In this document: in pieces, positions 63,273 to 64,000 of the stretch
How positions within the stretch are numbered: position 1 is the first letter of the stretch
Layout of the letters: each line of letters opens with the position of its first letter
Assembly: GCA_039189765.1 (NCBI GenBank)
Contig: JBCCYL010000004.1
Coordinates: 96,001-160,000, forward strand
DNA length: 64,000 bases
Origin: Cyanobacteria bacterium P01_F01_bin.150
Lineage (GTDB): Bacteria > Cyanobacteriota > Cyanobacteriia > CAKZMO01
Direction of reading: 5' to 3'
Program-made: the position numbers and the translations under genes
Notes under the pieces: generated by a model
What the model saw: the letters and a program-made list of their open reading frames with translations, nothing else
Databases searched by the model: none
Told to the model about the DNA's origin: nothing

Positions 63273-64000
63273 CTAACGATAGAGAAGGAATTCCGTTGCA
63301 GATGCCATATCCGATTTCACCCGATTTAGTCGCTGGATTTCCGTATCCTGATCAACTAAACGAGATTCCTTTTGGGCTAGAAGACTGTCTAATTCTTGCT
63401 TACGGGCCTGGATATCCTGGGTGATATTGCCAATAATTTCCTCTTCATAGGTATCAAACACCCGTTCCACTGCTCGATACACCGGACGCCACTGGTCTTC
63501 GGCAATTTGGGGCAAATGCTTGGCAAACTGGCGTCTGGTCTCACTCAAGAATTGCTGACGCACCACCTCAGCCTGAACCGCCAGTAGGCCACCGCCCACC
63601 GCCAGCACACCCAGGATATTAAACACCAGGCTGCTAAAAATAATGCTTAAAATTGACAAGGCAATGGAAATACACACATAGACCATGACGCCCTGCAATA
63701 CCTGTTGCCAAAATAGATTAAACCGTCCAACGGTGCTATTTAGACTATCAGGAATGGTATCGAACAGCTCCTGCACGCCTTCCGCCCACACCGGACCCGC
63801 CTTGGGCTGATCATTGGATTGGGGCGCATAATAACGTCCTCCCAAAAGCTTATCCTGCATGGCTTCCACCGCTGCTCCGTAAGCATCTTGATAGTTGCGG
63901 GCATTTTCCTGGAGTTCGGTAAACGCCTTACTTAAATCCTGTTTGGCCATAAATTCCCACGCCGCCAGCCGATCGTTAATATAGCGCTCAAACGCCCGCC
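63273..64000 (-). CDS. Bacterial dynamin-like protein, C-terminal part (5' end outside window)
   Basis: The frame stays open to the window edge (RAFERYINDRLAAWEF). Hydrophobic paddle and KHLPQIA...FDTYE...DIQARKQELDSLL resemble cyanobacterial BDLP. Confidence 0.75.
   Translation of the reverse strand, partial: RAFERYINDRLAAWEFMAKQDLSKAFTELQENARNYQDAYGAAVEAMQDKLLGGRYYAPQSNDQPKAGPVWAEGVQELFDTIPDSLNSTVGRFNLFWQQVLQGVMVYVCISIALSILSIIFSSLVFNILGVLAVGGGLLAVQAEVVRQQFLSETRRQFAKHLPQIAEDQWRPVYRAVERVFDTYEEEIIGNITQDIQARKQELDSLLAQKESRLVDQDTEIQRLNRVKSDMASATEFLLYR

Overview
Cyanobacterial chromosomal window. Evidence: abundant HIP1 GCGATCGC, cpcG, a PatA-type regulator, a GUN4-domain kinase, Yfr1 and three Uma2 paralogs; a filamentous Leptolyngbya-like host is an inference. 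Positions 1 to about 51 kb are mostly housekeeping genes: argC, cpcG, arsH, TPP riboswitch-thiC, a 7TM-HD phosphodiesterase, a TpsB transporter, surE, sat, mnmA, nnr, an amino-acid ABC operon with a canonical NtcA promoter, MATE and a Ser/Thr kinase. This part also carries a small AT-rich SET+GNAT islet and three apparent pseudo-enzymes. From about 51.3 to 63 kb lies a probable defence/conflict patch: frameshifted ParDE, two Uma2 genes, Pepco-like protein plus truncated caspase, HTH-NACHT, an ABC-ATPase/TOPRIM-like pair and a PD-(D/E)XK protein. The most notable unannotated signals are: (i) a cis-antisense-RNA-controlled small-gene module at 59.0-59.6 kb with converging promoters and strand-diagnostic hairpins; (ii) the Pepco-caspase-NACHT neighbourhood; (iii) a candidate sRNA at 59.7-60.1 kb; (iv) a ~85-bp two-hairpin MITE-like family with 3-bp target duplications present about 9-10 times; (v) a 50-aa ORF missed by the ORF track. 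All calls come from reading motifs by eye; no database searches were run.
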